Source: Chrysomallon squamiferum
Lineage: Eukaryota; Animalia; Mollusca
Assembly (NCBI GenBank): GCA_012295275.1
Contig: CM022665.1
Location: 4,464,001 to 4,528,000 of the forward strand
Direction: 5' to 3'
DNA: 64,000 bases
Part shown: positions 47,707 to 62,269 of the stretch, one piece after another
Numbering within the stretch: the stretch's first letter is position 1
Layout: the number at the start of each line of letters is the position of its first letter
The notes under the pieces: model-generated
What the model saw: the letters and a program-made list of their open reading frames with translations, nothing else
Databases searched by the model: none
What the model was told of the DNA's origin: nothing
Position numbers and translations under genes: made by a program

Positions 47707-48546
47707 CGTTTCAGATTGTAGCCCACGAAATATTTTCCACTCTGACGAAAGGAAATTGTCTTAGGAAAACTGTGAGATTTAATGCTCCGTAAATCTTTTG
47801 AAGTGAGTCGTTATGGATCGATCTTGCATAATAGGTGTTTCCTGTTTCCTAAAATCTCAATCGCTGTCTTAAATTTATTTTTTTTTTTTTGTCGTCTTAA
47901 GTCTGTGTTTTCTTAAAAAAGGTATTATTTATCTAGAAATGACATCTTAAGTATTTTTATTATAAGATAATATTACGATAATGTCTGCCGTTGCTGTTAT
48001 TACTTTAAACATTAAAGTCCCAACGTCAATTCAGATGAATTAAATTGATGTCAACCCGCAAATGTTAAAGATTCCTTTTTTAAAATGAACAATATATATT
48101 GCTCCCACAGATATAGATATTTTCCTTCAGACTTTTAAATAATAAGTCTATTACAATGAACGATCGAAACCAAACATCATTTCCTTGGTTTCATAAGGAA
48201 GACCCAAGCAACAAATTCTGCACTGTTTTTATCGTTTTTTCCCACAAAATTATCCACGCACTTGATAAATTATTAATCAGTCAATGAGGCAGCCTTATGT
48301 TATTTTAAATATTTCTCTCTATTTAAAAATGCCAAAAATAAAAAAAGAGAGACTACCTTGGAAATCTGTAAGATGGTCCACCAAAGCCTCCATATTTTAT
48401 GGAATTAAGAATCACTGGAAAAAACGGCTAATTATAATGTGTTGTGTATTGTCAACTGTGTATCTTTATAGTATACTGAAATATGTATTTAACACTAAAT
48501 GAGATCGATAAAATGAAATCGAACATTACCATTCACGAAGACTCAC

Positions 48547-48609
48547 TTATTGACAAGTTCATCAAAAATGTATGGGACGGACAAGACGACGGGATTGTTG
48601 CTAGGCAAA
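48547..48609 (-). promoter_or_regulatory. Possible non-coding first exon and RFX X-box-like site of the LRRC74-like gene
   Basis: GTTGCTAGGCAAA at 48597-48609 and minus-strand donor A|GTGAGT-type site at ~48546. Confidence 0.4.
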
Positions 48610-48944
48610 AAGACACTGTATGTCATTGTCTGGGACTTTTGTAACTGTCAACACCACTGCGTCAATTGTCAACGTTACGGATGAGCAGGAATATGATACC
48701 TGAACACGAGATTAAACTTTAACGCTGAATTGATTTTTGTGTGCGTGGAGTGAAAAAAAAAATAACGAAAAAAGATTTGTTTTCAGTGTCTATGGAAATG
48801 CGGACAAAAACAACACATGTGAAAACATTCAGTAACAATGCGATGACAGTTCTATTCAGATAACACGTTCGTAATGTTTAGGTTACAATCATGTAACAAT
48901 ACTTTTTTTTTTTTTTTTGGTTATATTATTATTGTCATTGCTGC

Positions 48945-48978
<34 letters not shown>

Positions 48979-49383
48979 GTTATTATTAATATTCTGCAGA
49001 ATACACACTTAGAAGATTAAAAAATAATAAATAAATAATAAAAAAAGAAAAAAGAAAATAAGAAAATAAAAAAAAAAAAAGAAGAAAGGGTTATTTTATT
49101 TTATTTTATTTTATTTGTTTGTTTGTTTATTTATTTATTATTAAATATTTAATTAATTAATTTATTTATTATTACTCTTGTTGTTATTAGTAGTAGTTTT
49201 CTGTATTGAAAACAACATGGAGATCCTTTGGTTTAAGGGGTAGAAAAGTTGATTTACCTGGAATGTTACACATAAAAACAGAAATACGTACCAGCTTACT
49301 CTTGCTTTTCCCATCCTCTTCCCCGCTGTTTTACCCCAGTTTGATTGGGCAGAGCTACCGGCACAACCGGGTCATACGCTCTT

Positions 49384-49422
<39 letters not shown>

Positions 49423-50123
49423 AAGAAACGGGCAAAATACAAACAGTCTATTACAGATGTTCAACCAGAAAATAAGTTGGGAACATACAGTTTGTTACCA
49501 GTTGCTAGAAGGAACTATCAGTTTGCTGTATATTTTAGCGTTTGTGATATCAGAAATATACCGGAGAAAAAAATAATAAGAGAGCAATAAAAGTAAGTAA
49601 GAGAATAAGTAAATGAAAAACCAATATAAAAAATAAATAAATAACTGATTTCCTTGTCGTACAATAGCTTTTATGTAATAATTCCAATCAACAAAGCAGT
49701 TTGGAAAAATGGGGAAATAGTGATTTTCAGTAGAACAACAGCAACAACAACATCAAAAATTAATTAATTAATTAATAAATTAAAAAAAAACAAAAAAAAA
49801 CAAGCAAACCAGGAAAAGAAATATAGACATATACAAATGTGTTACAAAAATAAAATAAAATATAATTAAAAAAAAAAAAAACAATATGTTAATCGAATAA
49901 TCTATTGACTTCTTATGTCTACACGATAATAATATTTTCTTCTTCTTCTTCTTCAGAACGTTAATTGTACTACCTTTTAAAATTTTAGCTGTAATCAACC
50001 TTTTTCATAGTAATTATTTATGCATATTACTTCGTTACCGTTTCTTATGGTTATTCTTTCGAATGACGTCATACAATAGAAACTGATTGGAAGTAAAACT
50101 AGTGGATCACGCATAACAAAATC

Positions 50124-50574
50124 ATGACTGTTACTAAACGTTTTTTCAGTGTATTTGTACTGAGTTTACTTTTTACTGAATGCGAAGGTTTGTGTAACAA
50201 ACTACATTTATCGAAATTATATTATTCTTTCCTCTTTTTAATTTTCTTTTCCCAGATAACGCCAAGTCTTCGTAAGAAATGACTAAAGTGAAGTTTAAGT
50301 GTTTGTTGTCTTATATTTAAAAATTCACATTTATTACTAAAAACGTAATTTCTGATGCATTTTTCAGATGCTACATGCGAAGATAAATTGTCTAAACTGA
50401 GATGCCTTTTTAAGCTGAGAAAATCTCGATGCAACAATGCATTTTCAGCGATCTACTGTAACAAAACTTGTAATAGCTGCGGCGGTAAGAAAACAACAAC
50501 AACAACAACAAACAATAAATAAAATTTTAAAAAAGTTTAAAAAAAACCATGAACCTACATACCATTCCCTTCAC

Positions 50575-50609
<35 letters not shown>

Positions 50610-51060
50610 CGCACACAGACCACACATCTATCTATCTATCTATCTATCTGTATACACATATACATACATACTTGTGTGTGTGTTCATCTGTGTATGTATG
50701 TAAGTGTGTGTGTGCGTAAGTGCGTGTGTATTTATTTATTTATGCATGTACCTGTATTACAGAAAGATGCTGGAATATCGCTGGAGACAGAACGTGTGAA
50801 TGGCACGCGGCACACGGACACTGTGATCAGAAAAATGCTTCTACTTACATGGGCTGGTTTTGTCAGAAAAGATGTGGTACATGTGGAAGTCAGTTGATAA
50901 TTTTTATCTTTGCTTTTTTTTTTTTTTTTTTTTCTGTAATGATCTAAAACAGTTTAAAATTAAAAGTTAATTTTATTAATGTAGTCAGAAGTATCGTCAT
51001 TAGCATCCGAACTTTCGGACTAGTTAATGTACAAACCGACTGGAATTTTAGACGATGACA

Positions 51061-51121
<61 letters not shown>

Positions 51122-52276
51122 GCACAGATACACTTCTGCTTTTGTATTGTTATTGTCCATATAAATATGGATGTTTGAACATGATGTTTACAACAGGACT
51201 GGAATATAATATATCAAGCAGCTAAAATATTCGATTACATTTAACGTATATAGTATAAACAAACAAACATACATACATACAAACAAACAAATATATATAC
51301 AAACAAACAAACAAATAAATTAATTAATAAATAAACCAAAAACAAATTAAATAAATAAATTTAAAAAAAAAAAAAAATAAAATAAAATAAATAAATAAAT
51401 AAACAAAATAAAAAAATTAAATAAATCAATCAATAAATAAATAAAAAAGATATGATTTAAAAAAATAATATTATGAAAACAAAATTCATACAATTAATTT
51501 CAGAACTCCAGTTGCATCTACAACATATTAGTAAGTATTATTATTAGCGGAAATATTTTAGACTTTGAAATAGATAACTAGAAATGTGATATAAAGTTTA
51601 TAAACTGCTGACAGGAACATATAGCATATCTGTAATAAAATTCAAATTACTGATACTGAACACCATTACTGATAGGATTTTCTTCTTATTTCTTCTCCTT
51701 CTTCTTATTGTTGTTATTGTTGTTGTTGTTGTTGTTGTTTTTGTTGTTATTATTATTACTGGTATTGTTATTATTCTTCTTCTTATTTTTATCGTATTTG
51801 TTAATTTTATGTCATTATTTATCATTTACCTTTATGTTTATTTTTATTTTTTATTATTATTTTATTATTATTTTTTTTTTATCTTTCAGGTCCGTTTATT
51901 AAAATATTAAAGTCCAAACATTCAAGTATGTTTACTTGGCATTACAGTTATTATAAATAGTTTTGGTTTTTTTCTTTTTCGTGTTTTTTTTCTCTCCTTT
52001 GTTTTCGTATTTTAAATCTCTTTTCTCCTTCTTCCAGCTACTAGCTCTATTACAACTACTACCACCACTATTATTTAACTACTACTTTTACTAGTACAAC
52101 TACTACTACTACTACTACTTCTAGTACTGCGACTACTACCACTATTGCTAACACCATGACTACCATCGGTACTACTGCTTCTGTACTACTGTTACAAAAG
52201 CATTTGAAAGACTGTTTCAGTTCAGTATTTTCACATGGTTTAAAAAAGTGGGTTTTTTTTTTGTTGTTTTTTCATT

Positions 52277-52324
<48 letters not shown>

Positions 52325-52416
52325 AACTATTACTACTACTGCTACCACTACCACTACTACTTGCTTTTTTTTTACTACTACTACTACTACTACTACTATT
52401 ACTACTACTACTACTA

Positions 52417-52467
<51 letters not shown>

Positions 52468-52479
52468 TTACTACTACTA

Positions 52480-52543
<64 letters not shown>

Positions 52544-52545
52544 CA

Positions 52546-52592
<47 letters not shown>

Positions 52593-53965
52593 GTTATTAT
52601 TATTATTCAGAGCCGTGTTCAGATATACCAACAAAAGCGAAATACTGCAGATTAGTAGGTAAACAAAAGTTGTGTGACAAACTAACTTACTACGTGCAAC
52701 ATCAATGTGCTGGCAGCTGCGGTCTGTGTTCAGGTACCATTTATTTATTTATTTATTTACTTATTTATTTATTTAATTATTTACTTACTTACTTACTTAC
52801 ATACTTACTTATTTATTTCATCCCTTTTCTGTTTTAGGGCATGAATGATAACAGATTTTCCTAATAACTTATTTATTGTTTATTTGTTTGTTTCATGCTA
52901 TTTTTTTTTATGTTCGTGTGTATGAATGCAAAGTCGTATGTGTGTGTGTATGCTTGCGTGCTTATGTTTTTTGTGTCAGTCAAAGGTGATTTGTGACTGC
53001 ATAACTGTATTTGATGGTTTGTAAACGTGTGTGTTTGTGTGTGTGTGTGTGTGATTATTGGTTTCTTTCTTTCCTTTTTTTTTATTCATTTTCTTGTGTG
53101 CGTTTGTATTACTACTTTGATTCATTATTAGCTTGTTAATGGGTCCTTTTAGATTCTCAGAGAATACTATCTAGTGAAATATTTTGTAAAGCCGGAAGGT
53201 CCAAATGCAAAAGGTATTTGAAAAAAGGTTGGTGTTTTCGCATGAACAGGTTTATGAACGCTTCATGCGCCTGTGTTAACTGTAAAAGTGAGTTGCACAT
53301 TGATATTATGTATACTCGCACGCATACACACATACACACATACACATATATTAAAACACACACAGCCCATATCGGCTTAAGCATGCACACTATGACAATA
53401 GTAAATATTAAACTGTAACTAAGTTAGCACTCTTTATGTTGTTTAACTCTAATTAAATTTTTTTTAAATACTATCAACTTAATTATTAGCATTATTTTTA
53501 TGATTATTTAAAAACATTACGAATAATTTATTTTTTTACTTACTTGTAATATATGTAATATATGGTCTGTATATATAGTAAAATATGATTTTTTTCTTCT
53601 TTTCATTTCTATCGTGCCAGAAAACAGACTTGAAAGGTACAGAGGTGGGTTTAAATTAAAACATTTCTATGGATTAAATAAGTTGTTTATTTATTATTTA
53701 TTTATTTATTTATTTATTGTTATTTGGGGTTTTGCTGTCATTTCTATTCTTAGTGTCATTACAACTGCTCCTGCTGCTGTTGTTGTTGCTGCTATTGTTA
53801 TTATTATTATTATTATTAATTTTATTTTTATTATATTTAGCATGTGAAAATGTTAATAAAGACACGGAGTGTCGTCGACTGTACACGTGGGGTATGTGTG
53901 AAAACAGACCGAAGTACATGCTGAAATTCTGTCGTAAAACGTGTGAGTTTTGCAGAAGCTACTAA
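50124..53965 (+). CDS. Second secreted ShKT-domain protein (signal peptide, 2 ShKT, Thr-rich linker, 3 ShKT or ShKT-like)
   Basis: Signal exon 50124-50187 (MTVTKRFFSVFVLSLLFTECEG). Cys exons ~50368-50484, 50763-50887, 52611-52733, 53153-53288, 53841-53965 (CRKTCEFCRSY*). Thr-rich exon ~52038-52237. Probable 3'UTR exon ~55091-55290 with AATAAA. Confidence 0.78.
52277..52592. repeat. (TAC)n intronic microsatellite
   Basis: Direct reading. Confidence 0.9.
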
Positions 53966-54019
53966 AACAAACGTCTGAAGAAACATCGGAAGCACTGCAT
54001 TTCGGGTAACGTTTTTCTA

Positions 54020-54050
<31 letters not shown>

Positions 54051-54074
54051 TTATTTTAAAATATATTTTTAAAA

Positions 54075-54156
<82 letters not shown>

Positions 54157-54223
54157 AGGTGTGTTTGTGTGTGCAGGCAACTCCTTCTAACAGAGAAATT
54201 TCCTTGAGACATCTCTCAAAATA

Positions 54224-54254
<31 letters not shown>

Positions 54255-55352
54255 ATATATATATATTTTTTTTTTTGCCTGATTTCACAACCGGCGTACG
54301 TCTTAATTTGTCGTAAACTGAACTGTTGTAAAACGGGGACTGACTACATATGTATGTGTGTATATATGTGTGTTTGTGTGCATGCGTGCGGATATACGAA
54401 TGTACGTTTGTATATATATGCATGTGATTGTTTTTTATTTGTACGCTTACAATATTACGTGTTATTATTAATGCACTTAATAGCCGTTACATTATTAAAT
54501 TATCAGTACACATTTTAAAATCTTTCTTTCTTCGGAATATAGCCTCAGTATAAACTGTATAATTAAGAAGGTTTTGACACTTCTATCAAATAACATCTAA
54601 CAAAACTAACTAATTGGATCTTATTAACAGGTTAGTTGACAACTGTGCAGTAAGCTCGGACAAGTCTTGACAAGCAGGTATTGATCGTATAGCTATTCTG
54701 CATTTCATTATTATTGTTGTTGCTGTTGTTCTTCTTCGTTGTCTTCTTTCTCTCTTTATTTGTTCGGATCTTTTTCACATTTTTATTTATTATTAATTAT
54801 CCTACTTATTATTTTTTAGGTAATAATAGCAGGTGATGAAATGTAAATAATTTTCTACTCTGTTATATTAAATTTTATATACTACGTGAAGATTGTATTT
54901 TTGTTGTTGTTGTTGCTCACATCTTTATTACAAACATAATTCTCTACATCATTTTTTTTTCTTATTTTGTTTTTCAAATTCATTTTTTTTTTGTTATTTT
55001 ATCTTATTATCTTATTTATTTTTCAAATACAAATTCACTATGCTATTATTCATTGGCATTAACTCATTGTTTATATATTTAATCTTTCAGAGGTGTCTTT
55101 TGTTGTGAAATTACGACGAGAGAAAAGAAGGCGATTCCACGGAACTTTCCGATACAGAGTGAAATGGTGCGTGTTTTGAAGAGAGGAAGAGACTGGCGTT
55201 TAAGCAAGAATCCATTCGTATATCTGAGACCAATGCATATGCGTACAAGTCCAGGAAGCAAGCTAACATTTCAACATCAGTAATAAAAATAAAACGATTT
55301 TTATATTAAAGATTGCTTCTAACATTTATGTTGTCATGCAGTGAGTCATTTT

Positions 55353-55387
<35 letters not shown>

Positions 55388-55548
55388 GATGAACTTGATT
55401 TTTATCCAGCTGATACAGCAAACATATTATGTTTTGTAGAAAAAGACAACAAATAAAAAAATAAAATAAAATAAAATAAAATAAATATAAATATAAATAT
55501 GTTACAAAAACTGTTGTAGTTGCTTTTTATTTTCTGTTTTAAAACATT

Positions 55549-55580
<32 letters not shown>

Positions 55581-56006
55581 TGACATTATGTACACGTGTA
55601 TTTATATCCAAATAACAATAATATGAGCTGAATAACAGAAACAAAAAAACAACAACAGAAAAGTCAGACAGTTTATCAGATGGACAACCTAACAGAAAGA
55701 TAAACATATATTATATATATTGACAGAGAGACAAACAGGTAGATAAATAAAAGATATAGACAGACAGAGAAACAGATAGATAGATATAGCTATAACTTCA
55801 GATATATCACAATGAATAATATGATTACTACTAATAATAATAACTAAATATTACGTTTCTCAATTATAACAAATTATTTCAGTTTTATCAAAAGAGGATT
55901 AATGTGAAATGTTAGTTTTAAAACTAACTTAAAATAAAACGTTGTCCTTATAATTAACACCGGTGCTTCTGTGGAAATGGACAAGCGAAAGTAGTACAAA
56001 ACGAAA

Positions 56007-59000
56007 ATGGCGCTGTCCATTCAACGCATTGTTTGTAAGGTTTGTAACAGACCACGATTGATTTATGCTACAAGAAAACTGTCTTCGGGAAGTGGAGACA
56101 GTCCGAAATCAAAAAAGGAAAAGGTCAGTTTATGATGAAATAACAAATATTCAAATATCTATTTGCAGCTTTTAAAATATTTCCCTATAGTGTAAACGTG
56201 CCTGGTTCAACGATTCGCGTGCTTCACTGACTGCTCTGCTTGACACCTAAATTATGAAAGTCGAAACTGCAAACTGGCATTTGTTATTGTGATATGAGAT
56301 CCGATCGTTTTCTCCTCCAGCTGATTTAAAATAAACTGAAAGTTAGAAAAAACAGTTGTGTCCAAAAACTGTAATTCTAACTAACATAATTAATATCTTA
56401 GTTGACATTCACATTGTTATTACGAAGTTAGTAATATTAACATAAACTGATAAAGACATTTTATCAGCTGAAAAAAGAAAGTGTAATTAGTAAATTACCC
56501 ATGCATATTGTTAAGTTTGGTTCACACCTTTAATATATATTTTCTCATTCTTTTGATACTATTGATAGGATTAAGCAGATGTGTTAATTGTTAATCAACT
56601 TTCTGTAACAAACATTAACTGAGTAACTCATTAATGATTAAGGCACTAATACCACTACATATATATACAGGTCTCGGGAAAGTCATGTTGCACTTTTAAT
56701 ATATGTACTGTACTGTATAATATAATCCAGGTATTAGAATGTAAATAACTTTATAAATACATCTTATAAAACAGTTGTGTTTTTTACTTTTAAAACTAAA
56801 CGTTTTAATGTAATGAAATTAAGAAGGAATTTTACAATATTTAATGAATGCATTCAAATTTGTAACAGCCAGCCAAGTTTGCATCATGCCCTCCACGCAT
56901 ATTTTCTGGAATACAGCCAACTGGAGTACCACACATTGGCAACTACTTAGGGGCTATCAAAAACTGGGTTAATCTGCAGAAGAAGTATGATGATGTCATG
57001 TACAGTATTGTAGATCTCCACTCAGTAACTGTACCACAGGACCCAACAACTCTCAGGTGAATTTTACTCTGGCAGACTAAATAGCAAGAAAATTAAAACA
57101 GTAATAATAATACATCTTCCCTTAAAATAAAACAAAATAAAAAAAGAAACAAGAAAAACAACGACCTGGATCTTAAATGAAAGTGAGTGAAATTGATCAA
57201 AGATCCAAGAGTTATATATATGTGTATAATAATCAGATTCTGTGTAGATAAAATTTTCTGTTTTCTTTTTCTAAAATTTTTAAAAATAAAGCTGTTATTA
57301 TAAAAACAAACATTTATTGTTGTTGTTGTTTTTATTATTATTGTTGTTGTTGTTGTTATTATTATTAATATTATTAATCATTATAATGGGTTTTTTTTTT
57401 TTTTTCAGACAGAATATTTATGATATGACTGCCTGTCTTCTAGCCTGTGGAATTAATCCAGAGAGAAGTATTTTGTTTCAGCAGTCAAGGGTGAGTTAAT
57501 ATAATTATTTTGTTCAGAAAATGTCAGCTATTTAAATTGAAACATTTAAATAATGCTGAGCATTTTAAAAATTAATCTCAAATTAACAAAATTAAAATGT
57601 CAGAATTTTTTAATGAAAAGAAAAAATAAGATTTGAAAGAAATTTGTCTTGAAATTAACATTCATTATATTAATACATTTATTTCAAAATTAAATGGTTT
57701 ACACAGTAAATAATAATAATAATATGAATAATGCTAAAAATTATTCATTTTCAGGTATTGTTCTCTTAAATTTGTGCCTATAAAAAGAATAATACACATT
57801 TAAAAGCATTTGAATTGCACAAATATACTTTAAGAATTTTTTTTTTTTCTTACTTTACTCCATGACATGTAATTAGCAGTTTTTGGTAAACATTTTTCTC
57901 CCCTTTATCTCTATAATTAATATTTGTATGTAGTTTCGTCTTTTTATGTTTTCTTATTCTTTCCTTTTCTGTTGTTTCTTTTATACCATCACATTACTGA
58001 AATTAATTGTATTAAGCCTATGTAGATGGGGTTTTTTTAAAACAAAAAAACAAAAGTAAAAACAAAAACAAAGAACCCTCAAAATTGTTAACATTTATTG
58101 TGTACGTCACGATACATGCATGTAAGTGTAATATTATATTGCAAGACAATATTTCAAGGCTCCCCAACCTTGACATTGCCTATGATCGGGGGGGGGGTAA
58201 TAAATAAAAATAAAACAAAATAAAATTTAAAAAATATTCTCAAAAAACTGAAAAAATACAAAACAATGAAAATTAATTGTTTTTTTTTAAATAATTTTTG
58301 TCTTCAGGTAAGTGAACATGCTGAACTGTCATGGCTGCTGAGTTGTTTATGCACTTTACCTCGACTTGAACATCTGCCACAGTGGAAGGTTTGTTTTACC
58401 ATTTTAAAATATTTATCATTCTCATTGTCCATGGTAACCACAGGGCACAAAACTACATCACCTGTTAGGGGTCAAGCAGAAATAAATATGTTATAAAGTA
58501 TATTAATTATTTAATATTATTAGACAACATTCGTCAGGCTTGGTGGCAATGAAATCCTTGGTCTTTTTTGTTTAGTTTTTAATATTTATTTATTTATTAT
58601 GTTAAAACAGAAGGAGGAAAAAAAGTTTCTTTTTCTTTTGTTAGACAACTGGGATTGAAAAAAACCCCAAAACTATTGTTTATTAACATAATGATTATAA
58701 ACTGATCAATAATTTTGTAGTAATTTATAATATACAAAGTATTTGATTAGATCCTCTTCATAACAATTTCATTAACATCAAGAATAAACAGTTTAATTTT
58801 AATTACATGTTTTCAAATTTTTGAAAATATTTTAATTACTGTTAAAATATTAATTTCTTTATAAATTATTATTAATTTTAGTGAAGTTATCATCATAGCT
58901 GTATCATTAAAAAATGTAAATAATTCTTATTTTATTACTTTATTTTATTATTATTATTTTTTTAAATAATTACTCTTTCTACAAAGTGTGATATTAAAGA

Positions 59001-60926
59001 TATTGATATTATACTTTATACTATTATAGTTGTTACTGTGTTTTAATTTATGTCAACAGGAAAAATCAGCTAAAGTGAAAGAACCTGGTGTTGGTCTGTT
59101 TACTTATCCAATCCTCCAGACAGCAGACATTATACTTTACAAGTAAGTTGTTTGTATCTAGATATCGTTATCTTGAAAAACCCACTACATTTCAAAATAC
59201 CTTTTTTTTTTTTTTTTTTCACTTGTCAGATTTAAGAACCAGTATTTGTATACAGCTCAGACTATTTGCTTTCATAAATACTGAGTAAAATGATCAGAAT
59301 GTTTCAGAGTTATTCTTCTTGATTATGAATTATTTCACTGTTTGATACAGACTGAATCTTTAGTTAGTGCAAATCAGAAATATTTTGTAGACTGAGTAAA
59401 ACCCGTCTCAGATTTGTTGAGAATCGGAATAAAACAAACCTCTGCACTTCAGCCACAGTTTTAAATTAATAGAAAAGTTATGAAATCAGACACTCAAAAC
59501 TCTATACAATATTTAGTAGATGTGACAGTAATTATTAGCCTACCTCCTAACAATAGTGGTTTTCAATACTATCAAAAATCATTGATATGGAGGATATGTT
59601 GTTGGCTATACCAGAGGAATTTTGAATCTTAAAATCCAAAGAGTTAATTAATAATACTCTTGTTTTCCTTATATATATTATTCATTATTATTGTTATTCC
59701 TTCAGGCTTTTTTTATTGATATTATTTAGTATTAGTGATGTTGTTATTGTTATTATTATATTGTCATGATCATCTACATTATTATTATTACTGTTACTGT
59801 TACTGTTACTGTTGTTGTTGTTGTTGTTGTTATTTTTATACTGATATGTTCAGATCAACTGAAGTACCAGTAGGTGAAGATCAGATTCATCACATAGAGC
59901 TGGCTAGACATCTTGCACGAACTTTCAATCGCAATTTTGGTGTCATCTTCCCAAAACCAGTTGCATTAGTGGGTAAGACAGAAACAGAAATTTTGTTTTC
60001 TCTAAGATCTTTGTTTCATTATCCTAAAAGAAAAACATATATATTTATATTTGATTATTTCTCGTGGTTTTCAAAACCGTTGCTATAATAATAAATAAAT
60101 TTGTTGTGAATACAGTATTCAGAACTTTAACAGTAAAATTTATAGTATCTGTCTGTTGTCTTATTGAAAAACTGAAATTACATTTAAACTATTTTTATTT
60201 ATTTATTTATATTTATTCAAGGTAGTAGCTGTTATGCTATTTATTTATTGTTTATATAGTTGTTAAAAAAAAAAAAAAATGTATGTGTGTGTGTAAGTTA
60301 ATGTTAGTATTTTCCTCACTTGTAAATTTAAAATTTTTTTAGTTGTTATTTGTTTGTTTGTTTGTTTGTTTGTTTATTTATTTATTATACATTTTTTAGA
60401 TTTATTTTTTTATTTTCTTGTTATCATTACATAAACTCACTTTTTAATCTAAATTTATTCATTATTTCTTCAAGGTGAGATTGCCAAGATTCGCAGTCTC
60501 AGGAACCCAACATCAAAAATGAGCAAGTCCGAACAAGATCCACTGAGCAGAATCGAACTCACAGACACAGCGGATGAAATTCACAACAAGTTCAAGAAAG
60601 CTGTCTCCGACTTCACATCGGCCATAACCTATGACCCAGACAATCGACCAGGAATTTCAAATCTCATCGATATCCATTCCGCCTTTAGTGACTTAATGCC
60701 TGACGAAATCTGCGAGAACGCTTTGCTGTTGAATACAGTTGAGTACAAACAAACAGTGGCTGATGTGGTGGTTGAAAGTTTAAAACCAATTAGAGACGAA
60801 ATAGTGAGACTTCAGCAGGACAAAGCTTATCTCGATAATGTTTTACAAAAAGGGAGCGAAAAAGCACAGAATATTGCCAGAGAGACTATGACAGAAGTGA
60901 AAACTTTAATGGGACTTAAACTTTAA
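56007..60926 (+). CDS. WARS2: Mitochondrial tryptophanyl-tRNA synthetase (exons ~56007-56123, 56869-57056, 57409-57490, 58308-58388, 59060-59142, 59854-59972, 60475-60926)
   Basis: Basic N-terminal transit-like peptide, [20 protein letters not shown] (HIGH motif), [40 protein letters not shown]. Confidence 0.96.
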
Positions 60927-62034
60927 TTAAGGTTGTAACAAAATTTGAAAATTTTGCAAATTAGGTGATAATTATAGTAGTGCTGTTTTTCTTTTTGTAA
61001 CCATTTATTTTGATAAATCATGTTTTTTGGATGGGATATTGATAATTTTGTTATAAAAGTTATTAATACTGTTATTATAATTAAATTTATTTTATTATTG
61101 CATCAATGGTTAATGCAGGATGTTTATACAAGAAGTTTTATCTAAATAAATGTTTGTAGTGTCTTTTTGGTTTTTTGTTTGATAGTGAAATAACGTATTG
61201 TCATGTGAAATGAATATTTGTCTCTCGTAAAAGTTACACAGGAGCTAAGTAACTGTAATTTAAAATTTCTACCCTGATTCTGTGGCATGCAGAAAGGGAG
61301 GGAGAGGGGACAACGACCCTGGGCATGCATTTCAAGGTGGCATCCAATCAAAAGAGTGAAATTAAAATTGTAATTTGAAATTATTTCTGTTAGCTTCATT
61401 GTTCAAGCTGCTCTACATTCCAGCAAACTAGCACCAAACTTGATTATCATGTATGGTTTATATTTAATCTGAGTAGAAAGTTTATTTCATCTGGTTTTAC
61501 CTTTTTAAGATGTCTTCCTTTCTCTCGTTTCTGACTTCTGGGCCCTGTACTCGAATCTTGGAGGTATATTATGCAAACAACTGCATACCACTGCACTTAT
61601 TCGTTTTTGAAGAATATTATCTTATCTTTCCTGTTTTTCCTTTTTTTTTTTTTTTTTTTCGGGCCTTATGATGAGTAAACATTAAATTATCATTATTATT
61701 ATCATTGCATCAGTATGTGAAACTCTAACCTGACATGGATCATATTATATCAAACATTACATTCGCTACTTTATTATTTTTCATTTCTGCCAGTATTTTA
61801 ATTTTGTTTACTTTAGGGCTTCTGAATCCATTGTTTTGAACTGTAGTTTGATTTTTACTATGAAAACAGTATTTCTTGCAATTAACCTGCAACGATGCTA
61901 CATAAAACTGTCATTTTTATATTTAATTTTTTGCTAATAAACATTTGAATATATTAATTACATACCGTCAAAAAAACAATTAATATCTTATTTTTTAGTT
62001 GGATGTATTTTGTGGTTGCAAAATTTAATACATA

Positions 62035-62068
<34 letters not shown>

Positions 62069-62200
62069 TTTTTTTGTTGTTTAAATGTATTGAAAGAATC
62101 TGTCTGCAGTTGGGTTATTTACTGTCTTGTTTACACCTAGGAAAGATTTTTATCCGACGCTAGTTCGCCATTCTCAAAATTCACAACAAACTGTTCCCCT

Positions 62201-62269
<69 letters not shown>

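Noticed and set aside
50256-50271. 16-nt AG/GT-bounded micro-exon in ShKT gene 2
   Set aside because: Breaks the frame as assembled and cannot be supported without transcripts.
52156-52837. Poly-T/V/S/Y/L ORFs
   Set aside because: Translations of a (TAC)n microsatellite. Only the flanking exon parts are coding.
56007-60926. Bacterial-like TrpRS as a second horizontal transfer
   Set aside because: Ordinary nuclear-encoded mitochondrial WARS2 with introns and a transit peptide.
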